A DNA stretch of 62,979 nucleotides, the filler included. It is 9 parts of 9 records of this genome, joined end to end, with 100 filler letters (N's around TTAATTAATTAA, not from the genome) between each part and the next. Parts side by side here need not be neighbours in the genome. Positions count along the whole stretch, not along the records: positions 25,729 to 30,830 come from SRR31156797_52808; positions 30,931 to 36,926 come from SRR31156797_52815; positions 37,027 to 49,795 come from SRR31156797_52830; 6 more parts are not named here. One strand, written 5' to 3'. Below the pieces are notes generated by a model. The model was not told where the DNA came from. It did not search any database and saw nothing but the letters and a program-made list of their open reading frames with translations. Each line of letters starts with the position of its first letter. Positions within the stretch are counted from its first letter, which is position 1. Position numbers and translations under genes: made by a program. Below are positions 26,755-37,603 of this stretch, piece after piece.

Positions 26755-27957
26755 ATGCGGCACAGACCCCTGTCCCATGTCCGGGTCCTGGACATGACGA
26801 ACGTCCTGGCCGGCCCCTTCTGTTGCCATCAACTGGCCCATATGGGTGCCGACGTGATCAAGGTCGAGGTGCCCGGTTCGGGCGATCTGGCCCGCCAGCT
26901 GGGGGCCGATAGCGACCTCAACAAAAAGCGCATGGGGGTTTCGTTCCTGGCCCAGAACCCGGGAAAGCGGTCGATCACGATCAACCTCAAAACCGAGGCC
27001 GGGAAGACCGTCCTGCGCAAGCTCGTCCGGTCCGCCGATGTCGTCGTCGAGAATTTCCGCCCCGGCGTCATGGATCGCCTCGGCGTCGGCTACGACAATT
27101 TGATCGCGGAAAATCCGAAGCTCGTCTACTGCGCGATTTCCGGCTTCGGCCAGGACGGCCCGATGCGCAACCTGCCGGCCTACGACCAGATCATCCAGGG
27201 CATGGCCGGGGTCATGAGCATCACCGGTGACGCGCAGTCGGCGCCCCTGCGGGTCGGCTATCCGATGGCGGACACCATCGGCGGCATGACGGCGGCTTTT
27301 GCCATCGCCGCCCAGCTGGCGCAGCCGGACCGCACCGGACCCAGTTTTATCGACGTTTCCATGCTGGAATCGGTCCTGGCGACGATGGGCTGGGTGGTTT
27401 CCAACTATCTGATCGCCGGCAAGGTGCCCGAACCGATGGGAAACAACAATTTCACCGCCAGCCCATCGGGCACGTTTGCGACCGGACAGGGATTGATCAA
27501 TATCGCCGCCAACAAGCAGGAGCAGTTCGAGGCGGTGTGCCGGGTCATCGGCCGCGAAGACCTGATCGACGATCCGCGTTTTTCGGATCGGCAGGCGCGT
27601 CTGGACAATCGGGCCGCCCTGACCGAACGGATCGAAGACGCCATGGCCGCCGCTAGCGCTTCCGATTGGCGGGCGCGCCTGAACGAAGCGGGCGTTCCCG
27701 CCGGCGAGGTCATGACGCTGCCCGAGGCGCTGCAACATCCGCAGATCGCCGAGCGCGGCATGGTCGGCGGGTTCACGAACGTACCCGGAATCGATCGGGA
27801 TATCCGGCTGGTGCGGTCCGGTTTCAAGGTCGATGGCGCCGCTCCGACGGTCGACAGCCCGCCGCCGACACTGGGCCAGCACACGCAGGAGATCCTCTCG
27901 GAGATCGGATATTCGCCGGAGGAAATCGATGCGTTGAAGAAGGAAAAAGCCATATGA
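26755..27957 (+). CDS. CaiB/BaiF family III CoA-transferase
   Basis: VLAGPFC, GADVIKVE, VVENFRPG, AYDQIIQG and PPPTLGQHT motifs. Confidence 0.93.
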   Translation: MRHRPLSHVRVLDMTNVLAGPFCCHQLAHMGADVIKVEVPGSGDLARQLGADSDLNKKRMGVSFLAQNPGKRSITINLKTEAGKTVLRKLVRSADVVVENFRPGVMDRLGVGYDNLIAENPKLVYCAISGFGQDGPMRNLPAYDQIIQGMAGVMSITGDAQSAPLRVGYPMADTIGGMTAAFAIAAQLAQPDRTGPSFIDVSMLESVLATMGWVVSNYLIAGKVPEPMGNNNFTASPSGTFATGQGLINIAANKQEQFEAVCRVIGREDLIDDPRFSDRQARLDNRAALTERIEDAMAAASASDWRARLNEAGVPAGEVMTLPEALQHPQIAERGMVGGFTNVPGIDRDIRLVRSGFKVDGAAPTVDSPPPTLGQHTQEILSEIGYSPEEIDALKKEKAI

Positions 27958-28778
27958 GCGATCCCGTGACCGAAATGCAGGACTGGTGGCGGACCGACAT
28001 TATCCGCATGGAGCCCGGCGCCATCGAATACCGCGGCTACCCGATAGAGGAATTGATCGGCAATGTCTCCTTCGCCCAGATGATCTGGCTGATGACGCGG
28101 GGCGAACTGCCGAGCCGGGGGCAGGCCGATCTGCTCGACCTGGCCCTGATGTCGGCCGTCGATCACGGACCGCAGGCACCGTCCATCGCCATCGCCCGCA
28201 TGGCCGCGACCTGCGGCGTCGGCCTTAACAACGCCATGGCGTCGGCGCTCAATGTCCTGGGCGACGTCCATGGCGGCGCCGGCGAACAGGCCGTCGACAT
28301 CTACCAATCCATTGCCGCGCGCATGGATGACGGGGCCGATGTGGTAAAGGCGATCGCCGATGAAATCGACGACTTCACCCGGACCCGGGGCAAATACCTG
28401 CCCGGTTTCGGACATCGCTTCCACCCGATCGATCCGCGTGCCCCGCGCCTGATGGAAATGGTCCGGCAGGCCGCCGATGCCGGTATCGTGTCCGGCCGCT
28501 TCGCCGACATCGGATGCGGCATCGAGGCGGAACTGGAACGCCGCAAGGGGCGCCGCATCCCGATGAACATCGATGGCGCGACGGCGGTCATCTATGCCGA
28601 ATTGGGGTTTCCGGCGCCGCTGGCGCGCGGCCTGTTCTGCCTGTCGCGTTCGGTCGGCATCCTCGCCCACGCCTGGGAACAGACCAACCAGGGCGGCCGC
28701 AACAAGGGGCCGATCCCGCGCCAATATACCTGGACCTACGACGGCCCGGAGAAGCGGCCCGTACCGGAACAGGATTAG
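27954..28778 (+). CDS. Citryl-CoA lyase / citrate synthase-like protein
   Basis: DHGPQAPS, GDVHGGAG, PGFGHRFH, DPRAPRL and NIDG motifs; ATGA overlap with the CoA-transferase fixes the start at 27954. Confidence 0.87.
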   Translation: MSDPVTEMQDWWRTDIIRMEPGAIEYRGYPIEELIGNVSFAQMIWLMTRGELPSRGQADLLDLALMSAVDHGPQAPSIAIARMAATCGVGLNNAMASALNVLGDVHGGAGEQAVDIYQSIAARMDDGADVVKAIADEIDDFTRTRGKYLPGFGHRFHPIDPRAPRLMEMVRQAADAGIVSGRFADIGCGIEAELERRKGRRIPMNIDGATAVIYAELGFPAPLARGLFCLSRSVGILAHAWEQTNQGGRNKGPIPRQYTWTYDGPEKRPVPEQD

Positions 28779-29840
28779 CTATTCGCGTGCCATCGCCCGG
28801 CGCCAGCGATCGAGGAAAAACCGGCGCTTCAGGCGGTCCAGATAGACCAGCAGCCCCGGTCCCAGACGGATCGGGATCAACGGGCCCCGCGCCTGGCGGC
28901 GAAGGCTGGCGGCGGTCGATTCGCCCCGGATGTCGGTGCGAAGCGAATACAGGGACGCCGGGCCGGCGATCAGTTGCTGGCCTTCTCGGGACAGCAGAAA
29001 ATCGATGAACCGGCCGGCCGCGTGCGGATTGCGGGCGGTGCGCGCGATCAGGGCAATGCGCGACAGGACCAGGCAGTAATCCCTGGGGATGGTGATCGCA
29101 AGATCGGGATTGTCGCGCACCCGGGCCTTGGCGTAGGACCCGAGAACATTGTACGCGATCAGCGCATCGCCGGACGCCACCTTGTCGATCATCGCCGCCG
29201 AACTGGTCTCGAGGTCGACTCCCATGTCGCCGAGGCTGCGGGCCAGATACCAGAAGTCCTGGGATTGAATGGCGTCGTGGGTAACGAACATGAACCCCAG
29301 GCCGCTTTGCTCCGGATCGTAGGTGACGACCCGATTCCGCAGATAGCCGACGTCGAACGACAGCTGGCGGGCCAGCTCGAAGCGGGTCGTCACGTCGGCC
29401 AGTTCCGGGGCCAATGCCTTGTTGTAGATCATCACCGCCGGTTCATAGGTAAACGCGAAGGCCTCGTTGCGCCATTTCGCCCAGGCCGGCAGGGCATCGA
29501 TTTCCGTTGAATTGTGGGGCGCCGTATAGCCGTCGTTGACCAGCTTGAACTGCAGGTCCATGGCCGAACTGAGCAAAAGGTCGGCGGTCGGCGTGCCGCC
29601 GTCGATTTCGGCAATCGCTCGGCGATGGATATCGGCCGTATCGAGAAGAAAATAGTCCACCGTCACGCCGGGGTTCTGGCGCTGGAAACCGTCGATGATG
29701 CCGATCATGCGTTCGGTATCGGCCGAACTGTAGATGGTCAGGGTCTGACTGACCGGTTCCTTGGCCGGGAATGTGATCTTTTCGGCCCGGGCCGACGAGA
29801 TCAGGGCGATGCCGATCAGAAGGCAGAAAAGCAGGCGCAT
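28779..29840 (-). CDS. ABC-type solute-binding protein coupled to a two-component sensor
   Basis: Signal peptide MRLLFCLL; ADLLLSSAMDLQ, AYNVLGSYA and FLLSREGQ motifs. Confidence 0.82.
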   Translation of the reverse strand: MRLLFCLLIGIALISSARAEKITFPAKEPVSQTLTIYSSADTERMIGIIDGFQRQNPGVTVDYFLLDTADIHRRAIAEIDGGTPTADLLLSSAMDLQFKLVNDGYTAPHNSTEIDALPAWAKWRNEAFAFTYEPAVMIYNKALAPELADVTTRFELARQLSFDVGYLRNRVVTYDPEQSGLGFMFVTHDAIQSQDFWYLARSLGDMGVDLETSSAAMIDKVASGDALIAYNVLGSYAKARVRDNPDLAITIPRDYCLVLSRIALIARTARNPHAAGRFIDFLLSREGQQLIAGPASLYSLRTDIRGESTAASLRRQARGPLIPIRLGPGLLVYLDRLKRRFFLDRWRRAMARE

Positions 29841-29841
29841 G

Positions 29842-30830
29842 TCAGGCCCCCGTCGGCGTCGGCAGGGGGAAGTCGACCCGGACCCGCAAGCCGCCGCCTT
29901 CGGTATCCTCGAGCGCGACCTGGGCGCCGTGGTTGGTGGCGATCTCGCGGACGATGGCAAGTCCCAGTCCGCACCCTTCGGTTTCCGAACTGGGCAGGCG
30001 GACAAACCGTTCGAAGACAGCATCCCGTTTGTCGACGGGGATGCCCGGCCCTTCGTCGTCGATGGTCAGAAACGCCGATGCGCCGCCGTTCCGGGCCGAC
30101 AGGGTGATCATGGTGTGGGGCGGTGAATAACGAAGTGCGTTGTCGGCCAGGTTCATCACCATCTCGCCCAGCAAGGTCGGATCGCCGTGCACCGGCACGC
30201 GATCGTCCCCTTCGTAACCGAGGTCGATGTCCTTGGTCCGGGCTTGCGGGTTCAGGATCGTCACGATCTCGCGGGCAATCTGGGCCAGGTCCGATTCCTT
30301 GAAATCGCCGGCCGCTTCGGTGGCGCGGGCGTGGCTGAGCAGTTGCTGGGCCAGGCGGCTGGTCCGCCGGACGCTGATGTCGACCTTGGCCAACGATTCC
30401 CGAATGGCCGCCGGGTCGGTCTCGCGCATGGCGATTTCGGTCTGTGCCTGCAGGCCGGCCAGCGGCGTTTTCAACTGATGCGACGCGTCGCTGATGAACC
30501 GCCGCATGGCGCTGAGACCGGAATCGATCCGCAGCAGCATGCCGTTGACGGCGCCGACCAGCGGCGTGAATTCGGCCGGGACCTCGTGCAGCACCGGCCT
30601 GACGTCCTCGGGCGACCGCCGGCCGAGGGCCTCGCGCAGCCGGTCGAGGGGCCGCAGCCCGATGCTGATCCCCAACCAGGCGGCGATCGCCCCGGAAATG
30701 GCGATGACCAGGGTCCAGGCGGCACTCTGGCGCAACAGGCGCATGGTCAGGGCCTCGCGCTCGCCGCGGGTTAGGGCGACATGGACGGTCGCGAAACCCG
30801 ACAGGTTGCTGCCGCTGGTAAACGAACTCA
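29842..30830 (-). CDS. Sensor histidine kinase, TctE/QseC-like (5'-truncated)
   Basis: H box ASHQLKTPL, N box NLADNALRY, DEGPGIP and GCGLGLAIV; preceded by TM and HAMP regions. Confidence 0.9.
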
Positions 30831-30930
30831 NNNNNNNNNNNNNNNNNNNNNNNNNNNNNNNNNNNNNNNNNNNNTTAATTAATTAANNNNNNNNNNNNNN
30901 NNNNNNNNNNNNNNNNNNNNNNNNNNNNNN

Positions 30931-31651
30931 GGATTACACCGTTTGCACCTTCGCTACCATAAAGTACCGAAGCCTTGGCTCCTTTAAGAATTTCAAACGA
31001 CTCAATGTCATCGGGATTGATATCGTTGATACCTGTACCATTGTCCCTGCTGGTTGTGCTATATCCCATCGATGTATTCTCATCGTGAATTGGAATACCA
31101 TCTACAACAATTAAAGGACGAGTTGTTGAGCTCTCATCAAAAGAAACTGCATTACGGATATTAATTTTCATACCCCCAGAAGGACCTGAAGCCGTTGCAG
31201 CAACCTGAACCCCTGCAGCACTACCATATAAAGATTGTAAAGCATTGGTAGGTGCACCACTGGCCAGAATCCTTTCGGTTCCAACCTTTGATACGGCGTA
31301 ACCTAATGCTTTTGCTTCTTTACGAATACCCAAAGCTGTAACTACAACCTCATCAATACCTACTGCATCTGTTTGCAATGTAACATCAATAGAAGAACGT
31401 GAATCAACCAGCTCTTCAATGGTTTTCATACCAACAAATGAGTATTCAATAATAGCGTCAGACGGAACAGTTATGGAATATTTACCATCAAGATCGGTAA
31501 CCGTACCATTGTTAGTTCCCTTTTGAATTACAGAAGCACCTGGAATACCAAGTCCCTCTTCATCGGTAACCGTACCGGTTACCTTTTGCTGAGCGTATGC
31601 ACTGCTTATGAGAAACATACACATGCATAAAATCAGAAAAACCCTTTGCAT
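30931..31651 (-). CDS. SusC/RagA TonB-dependent receptor (3'-truncated)
   Basis: GTVTDLDGKY, DEVVVTALG, PLIVVDG and INPDDIESFEILKGAKASVLYG motifs. Confidence 0.93.
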
Positions 31652-31691
31652 AGAATTTTAATTTAAATGATTTTTAATAGAAATTAATTGA

Positions 31692-32918
31692 TTAATTATA
31701 AGTGTCGCTAAATAGCCTTTGAAATAAATTGGCTGTTATCCCTAACAATCCCGAATGCCTCCATTTGCTGGAAATGACAATTTTGGTATTGCTGGAAATT
31801 TGTTCAAGACAAAACTGATTTACGGCTTGTTGTATTGGCGTTAAAACGTACTGGTTTGCCTCGGAAACAACGCCTCCCAGAACAATAATATCCGGATTTA
31901 ATAATTGTATGGTATTTGACAAAGCCTTACCCAGTGCCAATCCAACCTCATTCAGCAATGAGATAGAAAACTCATCACCCAGTTTCGCCGCTTCAATAAT
32001 GTCTTTTACTCCAATTTCGTCAGGATTTTTTTTAAACTTTTCGGTTAACTGAGAAATCTTTTGTGTCTTTACAGCCTCTTTAGCCCTGTTTATTAAAACA
32101 TAAGCCGAAATCTCAGTTTCCAAACAGCCGCGTTTGCCACAGATACACAAATTACCCTCATCTACAAATTTAATGTGCGACAATTCTCCGGCAAACCCTG
32201 TTCCTCCGTTGTACAATTCTCCGTTTAAGATCATCCCCAAACCGACCCCCCAGTTCCAGTTGATGATCAGGGCATTTTTATGTCCCTGTGCTTCGCCAAA
32301 AACAAACTCACCATAGGCCTCCATTCGTGCATCATTGTTGATGTACACCAACTTACCGAACTTTTTCTCAAGACGTTCACCAATGTTTTGGTGGGTTTGT
32401 TCTTTTATGGTATAGTTTATCCCTTTTTCTGTATCTACCAAACCTGGCATCGCAATCCCGATTCCAAATACCCTGTCATTATGAATGTTATTCTTTTTAA
32501 TAATACCCTGAGCCGTTGAATAAATCTTATCAACAAGCTGATCATCGTCGATATTGGTGTCGATAATTGTAACAGGTTCTACTAGTTGGTTGTGCGAATC
32601 GTAGACTCCAACCTTTCCTTTAAAACGGCCCAATTCGCAGGAAATAACAAAAATACTATCGTTTTTCAGGCCAAACAGAGTTGGACGACGACCTCCTTTC
32701 GACTTGCCGCTGCCCCTTACTTCTACCAAATTTAGAGTTCCAAGTTCTTTCAGCAGCGCCAGGGCTGTGGGTAAACTTACTCCTATTTGTTTTGCAATAA
32801 AAGAAGCAGAAAGTGTTTCGGAATGATATAAAAGAGTTAGGATCTTTTTCTTGCGACGGTAATTCTTTAATTCGTTACCTGCAAGTTGGGTTTTGTCAAT
32901 GTTATCAATTAGGATCAT
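31692..32918 (-). CDS. ROK-family transcriptional regulator
   Basis: N-terminal HTH with GGRRP; NNDA; GFAGELSH; CICGKRGCLET. Confidence 0.92.
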   Translation of the reverse strand: MILIDNIDKTQLAGNELKNYRRKKKILTLLYHSETLSASFIAKQIGVSLPTALALLKELGTLNLVEVRGSGKSKGGRRPTLFGLKNDSIFVISCELGRFKGKVGVYDSHNQLVEPVTIIDTNIDDDQLVDKIYSTAQGIIKKNNIHNDRVFGIGIAMPGLVDTEKGINYTIKEQTHQNIGERLEKKFGKLVYINNDARMEAYGEFVFGEAQGHKNALIINWNWGVGLGMILNGELYNGGTGFAGELSHIKFVDEGNLCICGKRGCLETEISAYVLINRAKEAVKTQKISQLTEKFKKNPDEIGVKDIIEAAKLGDEFSISLLNEVGLALGKALSNTIQLLNPDIIVLGGVVSEANQYVLTPIQQAVNQFCLEQISSNTKIVISSKWRHSGLLGITANLFQRLFSDTYN

Positions 32919-33206
32919 AAAATACAGCTAGGTTAATACGGCAGTACAATTTTAACAATATTTTACCAATAAGAAAACAATTCGTTAATTTTTTTATTAA
33001 GTATTCCTTCTATGTTTTATTTTTCTCTTTCATAATCGTTTTATTAATTTATTTAATCTACTAATGCTTTCTTATTCACACTCAATAGTGGCAAAATGGA
33101 ATTAAAAGCAATATTTTTGGGACAATTTGAATTTTAGCTCCCGTGCAATGCCCGTATTTTTTGCTAACATTGTAAAACCAATATAAACCATGCTAAATTT
33201 TTTGTT

Positions 33207-34805
33207 ATGAATTTTAAACTGATACAACTGGCAACTTGTCTCCTTTTAACAGCTCTTTTATTTTCATGTAACAAACCTCCACAAAAACCCAACATTCTTT
33301 TTATCATGAGCGATGATCATGCCTACCAGGCAATAAGCGCTTATGGTTACGGTTTAAACCAAACGCCTAACATTGACAGATTAGCTGAAGAAGGAGCTAT
33401 TTTTACGCGCGCCTGTGTTACGAATTCGATCTGTGCTCCCAGCCGTGCAGTATTACTTACCGGTAAGCATAGTTTTATCAACGGAAAAGTTGACAATGTT
33501 CAATCCTTTAATTGGGATCAGCCCAATTTCCCAAAATTAATGCAAGCCAATGGTTATCAAACTGCCATGATTGGCAAGATTCATCTTGACGGGGAACCTC
33601 AGGGTTTTGATTACTCAATGGTTTTGCGTGGGCAGGGGCATTATTACAATCCTGAATTTATGACTAACGGTAGCGGAAAATGGGAACGAATTGAAGGCTA
33701 TTGCACCGATATTATTACCAATAGCATGATGGACTGGTTAAAGAACAAACGAGATCCGAAAAAACCATTTTGTGCGCTTTATCATCAAAAAGCACCGCAC
33801 CGTAACTGGCAACCTTCACCAGAGTACCTCACATTATACGATGATAAAACCTTTGACCCTCCGGCCAACTATTTTGATGATTACCAGGGACGAGGTAACG
33901 CTGCCAAAGAACAGGAAATGCAAATTGATGGGCATGCCATGTGGGGACACGATTTTAAAATGTTAGTTGATCCGGATGGTAATCCAACAAATTTCGACAG
34001 GGAGCTAAAACGATTTAACGAGCAACAAAAGGCTGAATGGCTGGCTGCTTATACCCCAAAAAATGATGCAATGAAAGCTGCCCAACTGGAAGGCAAAGAA
34101 CTGGGCAAATGGAAATTTAACCGATACATTAAAGACTACTTGCGAACCATTAAATCGGTAGATGATGGTGTTGGTGAGGTACTGAATTATCTGGAAGAAG
34201 CCGGATTGGCAGAAAATACTATTGTTATTTACACTTCCGACCAGGGATTTTATCTGGGAGAACATGGCTGGTTTGATAAACGATTTATGTACGAAGAGTC
34301 TTTTCGCACCCCGCTGTTGGTTCGATTTCCAAAAGAGATTAAACCGGGAACAAAAATCAACAAACTGATTCAGAACCTTGATTTCGCTCCAACTTTCCTC
34401 GATTATGCCGGAATTGAAGTTCCTGAGGAAATGCAGGGCGAATCATTCCGAAAACTGGTAGGTGGAAAAAGTTCAACATGGAGAGATGCGGTATATTACA
34501 CTTACTATGAATACCCTTCTGTTCATATGGTTAAACGACATTATGGTATTGCTACCGACCGGTACAAACTCATGCATTTTTATTACGATATTGATGAGTG
34601 GGAAATGTACGATTTGGAAACCGATCCCAGTGAAATGAAAAACATTTATAATGATCCATCCTATGCCCAGGTGCAAAAAGAATTGCATAATAAACTTGAT
34701 GAGTTACGAGACTATTATGGCGACAGCGATGAAAACAACCAAAGATTTCTAAAAGATTACCTTGACCATCAGGAAGCAGTAAGAATAAAACAAAACAGTC
34801 ATTAA
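33207..34805 (+). CDS. Formylglycine-dependent sulfatase, lipoprotein
   Basis: Lipobox LFSC; NILFIMSDDH; SICAPSRAVLLTG (CxPxR); GKIHL; SDQG. Confidence 0.95.
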   Translation: MNFKLIQLATCLLLTALLFSCNKPPQKPNILFIMSDDHAYQAISAYGYGLNQTPNIDRLAEEGAIFTRACVTNSICAPSRAVLLTGKHSFINGKVDNVQSFNWDQPNFPKLMQANGYQTAMIGKIHLDGEPQGFDYSMVLRGQGHYYNPEFMTNGSGKWERIEGYCTDIITNSMMDWLKNKRDPKKPFCALYHQKAPHRNWQPSPEYLTLYDDKTFDPPANYFDDYQGRGNAAKEQEMQIDGHAMWGHDFKMLVDPDGNPTNFDRELKRFNEQQKAEWLAAYTPKNDAMKAAQLEGKELGKWKFNRYIKDYLRTIKSVDDGVGEVLNYLEEAGLAENTIVIYTSDQGFYLGEHGWFDKRFMYEESFRTPLLVRFPKEIKPGTKINKLIQNLDFAPTFLDYAGIEVPEEMQGESFRKLVGGKSSTWRDAVYYTYYEYPSVHMVKRHYGIATDRYKLMHFYYDIDEWEMYDLETDPSEMKNIYNDPSYAQVQKELHNKLDELRDYYGDSDENNQRFLKDYLDHQEAVRIKQNSH

Positions 34806-34838
34806 GTATACAATAAAGACTGAAAGCCAAATAAATGG

Positions 34839-34870
34839 AGCCATCTCGTTGTACAAGAGATGGCTTTTTT
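34839..34870 (+). terminator. Rho-independent terminator
   Basis: AGCCATCTC...GAGATGGCT followed by a T run, after the sulfatase. Confidence 0.85.
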
Positions 34871-34992
34871 ATGGTATTAAGAACCTTTGTTTAACCTAAA
34901 TTAACAGTCTATTTTAAAAATTATACGTAATAAAATTATTACATTCAAATATCTAAATCATTCTAATCTTTGTAGCTGTTAAAATAAAAGAT

Positions 34993-36831
34993 GTGACAAA
35001 ATGGATGAAAATATCTGTGATATTGCTATCGGTTATTTTTCGGTACGAAGCGGTTATGTCGCAAAACCAGCCCGACACACTAAAGATTAAAGAATCAATT
35101 TATAAACAAGAGCATTTTTACGACAGCTTAAAACAACGTGCTAACCAAAAGAAGTTAACTGGCTGGTTATACGATGCCCTGATTTCGCCACCACGCCCAT
35201 ATGTCGATAAAAAGGCTTTGGCCCTGGATTATTTTAACAAATACGAAGGTAAGGTAATAGCCAAAATTCAAATTTATCCGCTTGATGTTTTTGGCCCTTC
35301 AGTTAATGATACAACAAAAAAAGCTGACAGTTGGATTGAACGTTCAGCCAACACCATTCACACCAAATCTAATTTAAAATCAATTGAGAAACTATTGCTT
35401 TTTAAAATTGGAGACTTTCTTGAACCCGAAATAATGTATGAAAACGAAAGGATTATAAGAAACTTGCCGTATATAAAAGACGTTAAAATTGTGGTTGAGC
35501 AAGATAGTTTTTATGCTGGCCTGATAAACGTTAAAGTGATCACAAAAGACCGGTTTTCTTTTGGAGTATCAGGAGGAGTTAACGGTACCAGCTCGGGCGA
35601 TTTGGAATTATATAACCAGAATATATTTGGTGTTGGGCACGAACTATCGGTAAAATTTGTTGGCCACGTAGAAAAAGAACCATACCTGGGCGTTGAATCC
35701 TATTATACAATCAATAATATTGGTGGACGATTTCTGGATATTCAGCTTGGTTATTTAAACTCTTACCGAAGGGAAGGGTTTTTGCTTCGTGCTTCCAAAC
35801 CCTTTATTACCAAAAATGTAAAATGGGGTTATGGCGTTACTTCGGCAAGAATGTACCGAACCGACCGGATTACAGATAATGATCCGGTAAAAGTTACTGA
35901 ACCACTCAATCTTCTATTCAATAATATTTGGGCCGGAAGAAGTTTTAATATCAGTCCCCGGCATGAAAACATTACCGAGCTAATCTTATCAGGGGGAGTA
36001 AACAACTGGAACTATTACGAAGAACCACAGGTGTCGCCTGAAAATGCACACTTTTTTGCAAACCACACCCTATACATGCTTGGAATTACTGTTTCGCAAC
36101 GACGTTACATTCAGGACCAACTGATTTATAGCTACGGAATTACCGAAGACATTCCTGAAGGATTTAAAAATGAGATCATTTATGGTTACGATGCCAATGA
36201 GTTTGGCGACAGACATTACTTCCATTTCTTCTCTTCAAACGGGAATTTGTTATTAAGCCGAAAAGGGTATCTTTTTACCACCCTTGGAGCAAGTGGTTTT
36301 CTTAAAAACAAACGATTTGAAGAAGGAATTATTCAAAGCGATTTGAATTTTATTACAAAACTTCGAAGTGCCGGAAGAAAAAGAGTAAGGACTTTTGTCG
36401 ACTTAAACTACACCTTAGGCATCAGACGATTCGAGATTGAAAAATTAACACTTGGAGCCAACGATCACATCAGAGGGTTTGGCAGCAATATTGCAGTGGG
36501 CAAACAACGCTTATACTTAAAACTTGAACATGTTGTTTTTCTCCCCATGCAGTTTTATAAATTCAACATGGCTATTTTTGGATTTCTCGACATGGGTATA
36601 ATCGGAACAAACCATGCCCTAATCTTTCAACAGGATTACTATAGCGGAGTTGGTTTGGGGCTGCGGCTTCACAACGAAAACCTTGTATTTGAAACCTTCC
36701 GGTTACGCCTGGCTTTTTACCCATATCCCCCCAGCGACATGCACTTTTTTGGTTTTTCACTTGATGAACAGTCAAAACAACGGTTTATCTCTTTCGAACC
36801 AGTTGCTCCAATGCCCATGCGTTTTGAATAA
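34993..36831 (+). CDS. Omp85/BamA-TamA-like outer membrane protein
   Basis: POTRA-like ENERIIRNLPYIKDV; NIFGVGH; IRGF loop motif; GVGLGLR near the C-terminus. Confidence 0.7.
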   Translation: MTKWMKISVILLSVIFRYEAVMSQNQPDTLKIKESIYKQEHFYDSLKQRANQKKLTGWLYDALISPPRPYVDKKALALDYFNKYEGKVIAKIQIYPLDVFGPSVNDTTKKADSWIERSANTIHTKSNLKSIEKLLLFKIGDFLEPEIMYENERIIRNLPYIKDVKIVVEQDSFYAGLINVKVITKDRFSFGVSGGVNGTSSGDLELYNQNIFGVGHELSVKFVGHVEKEPYLGVESYYTINNIGGRFLDIQLGYLNSYRREGFLLRASKPFITKNVKWGYGVTSARMYRTDRITDNDPVKVTEPLNLLFNNIWAGRSFNISPRHENITELILSGGVNNWNYYEEPQVSPENAHFFANHTLYMLGITVSQRRYIQDQLIYSYGITEDIPEGFKNEIIYGYDANEFGDRHYFHFFSSNGNLLLSRKGYLFTTLGASGFLKNKRFEEGIIQSDLNFITKLRSAGRKRVRTFVDLNYTLGIRRFEIEKLTLGANDHIRGFGSNIAVGKQRLYLKLEHVVFLPMQFYKFNMAIFGFLDMGIIGTNHALIFQQDYYSGVGLGLRLHNENLVFETFRLRLAFYPYPPSDMHFFGFSLDEQSKQRFISFEPVAPMPMRFE

Positions 36832-37028
36832 AATGCCCCTGAGAGAACCAAGACTTTTCCCCAAAAACAAGAATTTAGCCCATAACACCTTTACATTTTT
36901 CCAAACTTTAAACCTTAAATCCTCATNNNNNNNNNNNNNNNNNNNNNNNNNNNNNNNNNNNNNNNNNNNNTTAATTAATTAANNNNNNNNNNNNNNNNNN
37001 NNNNNNNNNNNNNNNNNNNNNNNNNNAT

Positions 37029-37328
37029 CAGCTGCTGGGAATAGTAAGGGAAATAAAAGGCGCACGCGGCAAGCTGAATATGCGCACCGGTTATTGGAGA
37101 GCGATTAACTATATGTGGGCTGTATATTCTTTTGTTTCAGCCAAAAGGGCCGCCACAAATTCAGCCTTTTGGAAGCTGGTGGATTTTCCTTATTCCATAA
37201 GGCGATTGTTGCTGCCCAAGGATTATCCTGTAAAACTCTATTTTACCAAAGCTTTTATTGGATTCGGAAAAGTTGGGGTAAAATTAAAGCAGGCGATGAA
37301 CCAGAGAAAGGGGAAAGGTCATGGATAA
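37029..37328 (+). CDS. C-terminal fragment of a probable S24/S26 peptidase-like protein
   Basis: Open from the fragment edge: QLLGIVREIKGARGKLNM...; overlaps the PqqD gene; catalytic region not visible. Confidence 0.4.
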   Translation, partial: QLLGIVREIKGARGKLNMRTGYWRAINYMWAVYSFVSAKRAATNSAFWKLVDFPYSIRRLLLPKDYPVKLYFTKAFIGFGKVGVKLKQAMNQRKGKGHG

Positions 37329-37587
37329 AGCAAAACCTGTCCGTAGAGAAGGCGTTCTGTCACGCAAGGTCGGCGAAGAATGGATGTTGTACGACACTAA
37401 TAACGAATCCGTGCATATAATTAATCAAGTGGCTGTATTTGTCTGGCAAATGTGCGATGGGGAACACTCTCTGGAAGACATGGAAGCCAAGGTGACTGAT
37501 GAATATGATGTTCCGGAAGGCCAGGAAGTAAAAAAAGATGTTGAGGGCATAATAATCAGTTTTAATGAATTAGGCGTTTTGGAATAA
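37321..37587 (+). CDS. PqqD-family protein / RiPP recognition element (RRE)
   Basis: INQVAVFVWQMCDG...EYDV...KKDV...LGVLE pattern, 88 aa. Confidence 0.88.
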   Translation: MDKAKPVRREGVLSRKVGEEWMLYDTNNESVHIINQVAVFVWQMCDGEHSLEDMEAKVTDEYDVPEGQEVKKDVEGIIISFNELGVLE

Positions 37588-37603
37588 TTACAACTTGATG
37601 TAA

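Noticed and set aside
30931-36831. SusC-ROK-sulfatase region as a novel system
   Set aside because: Ordinary edge of a Bacteroidota polysaccharide utilisation locus
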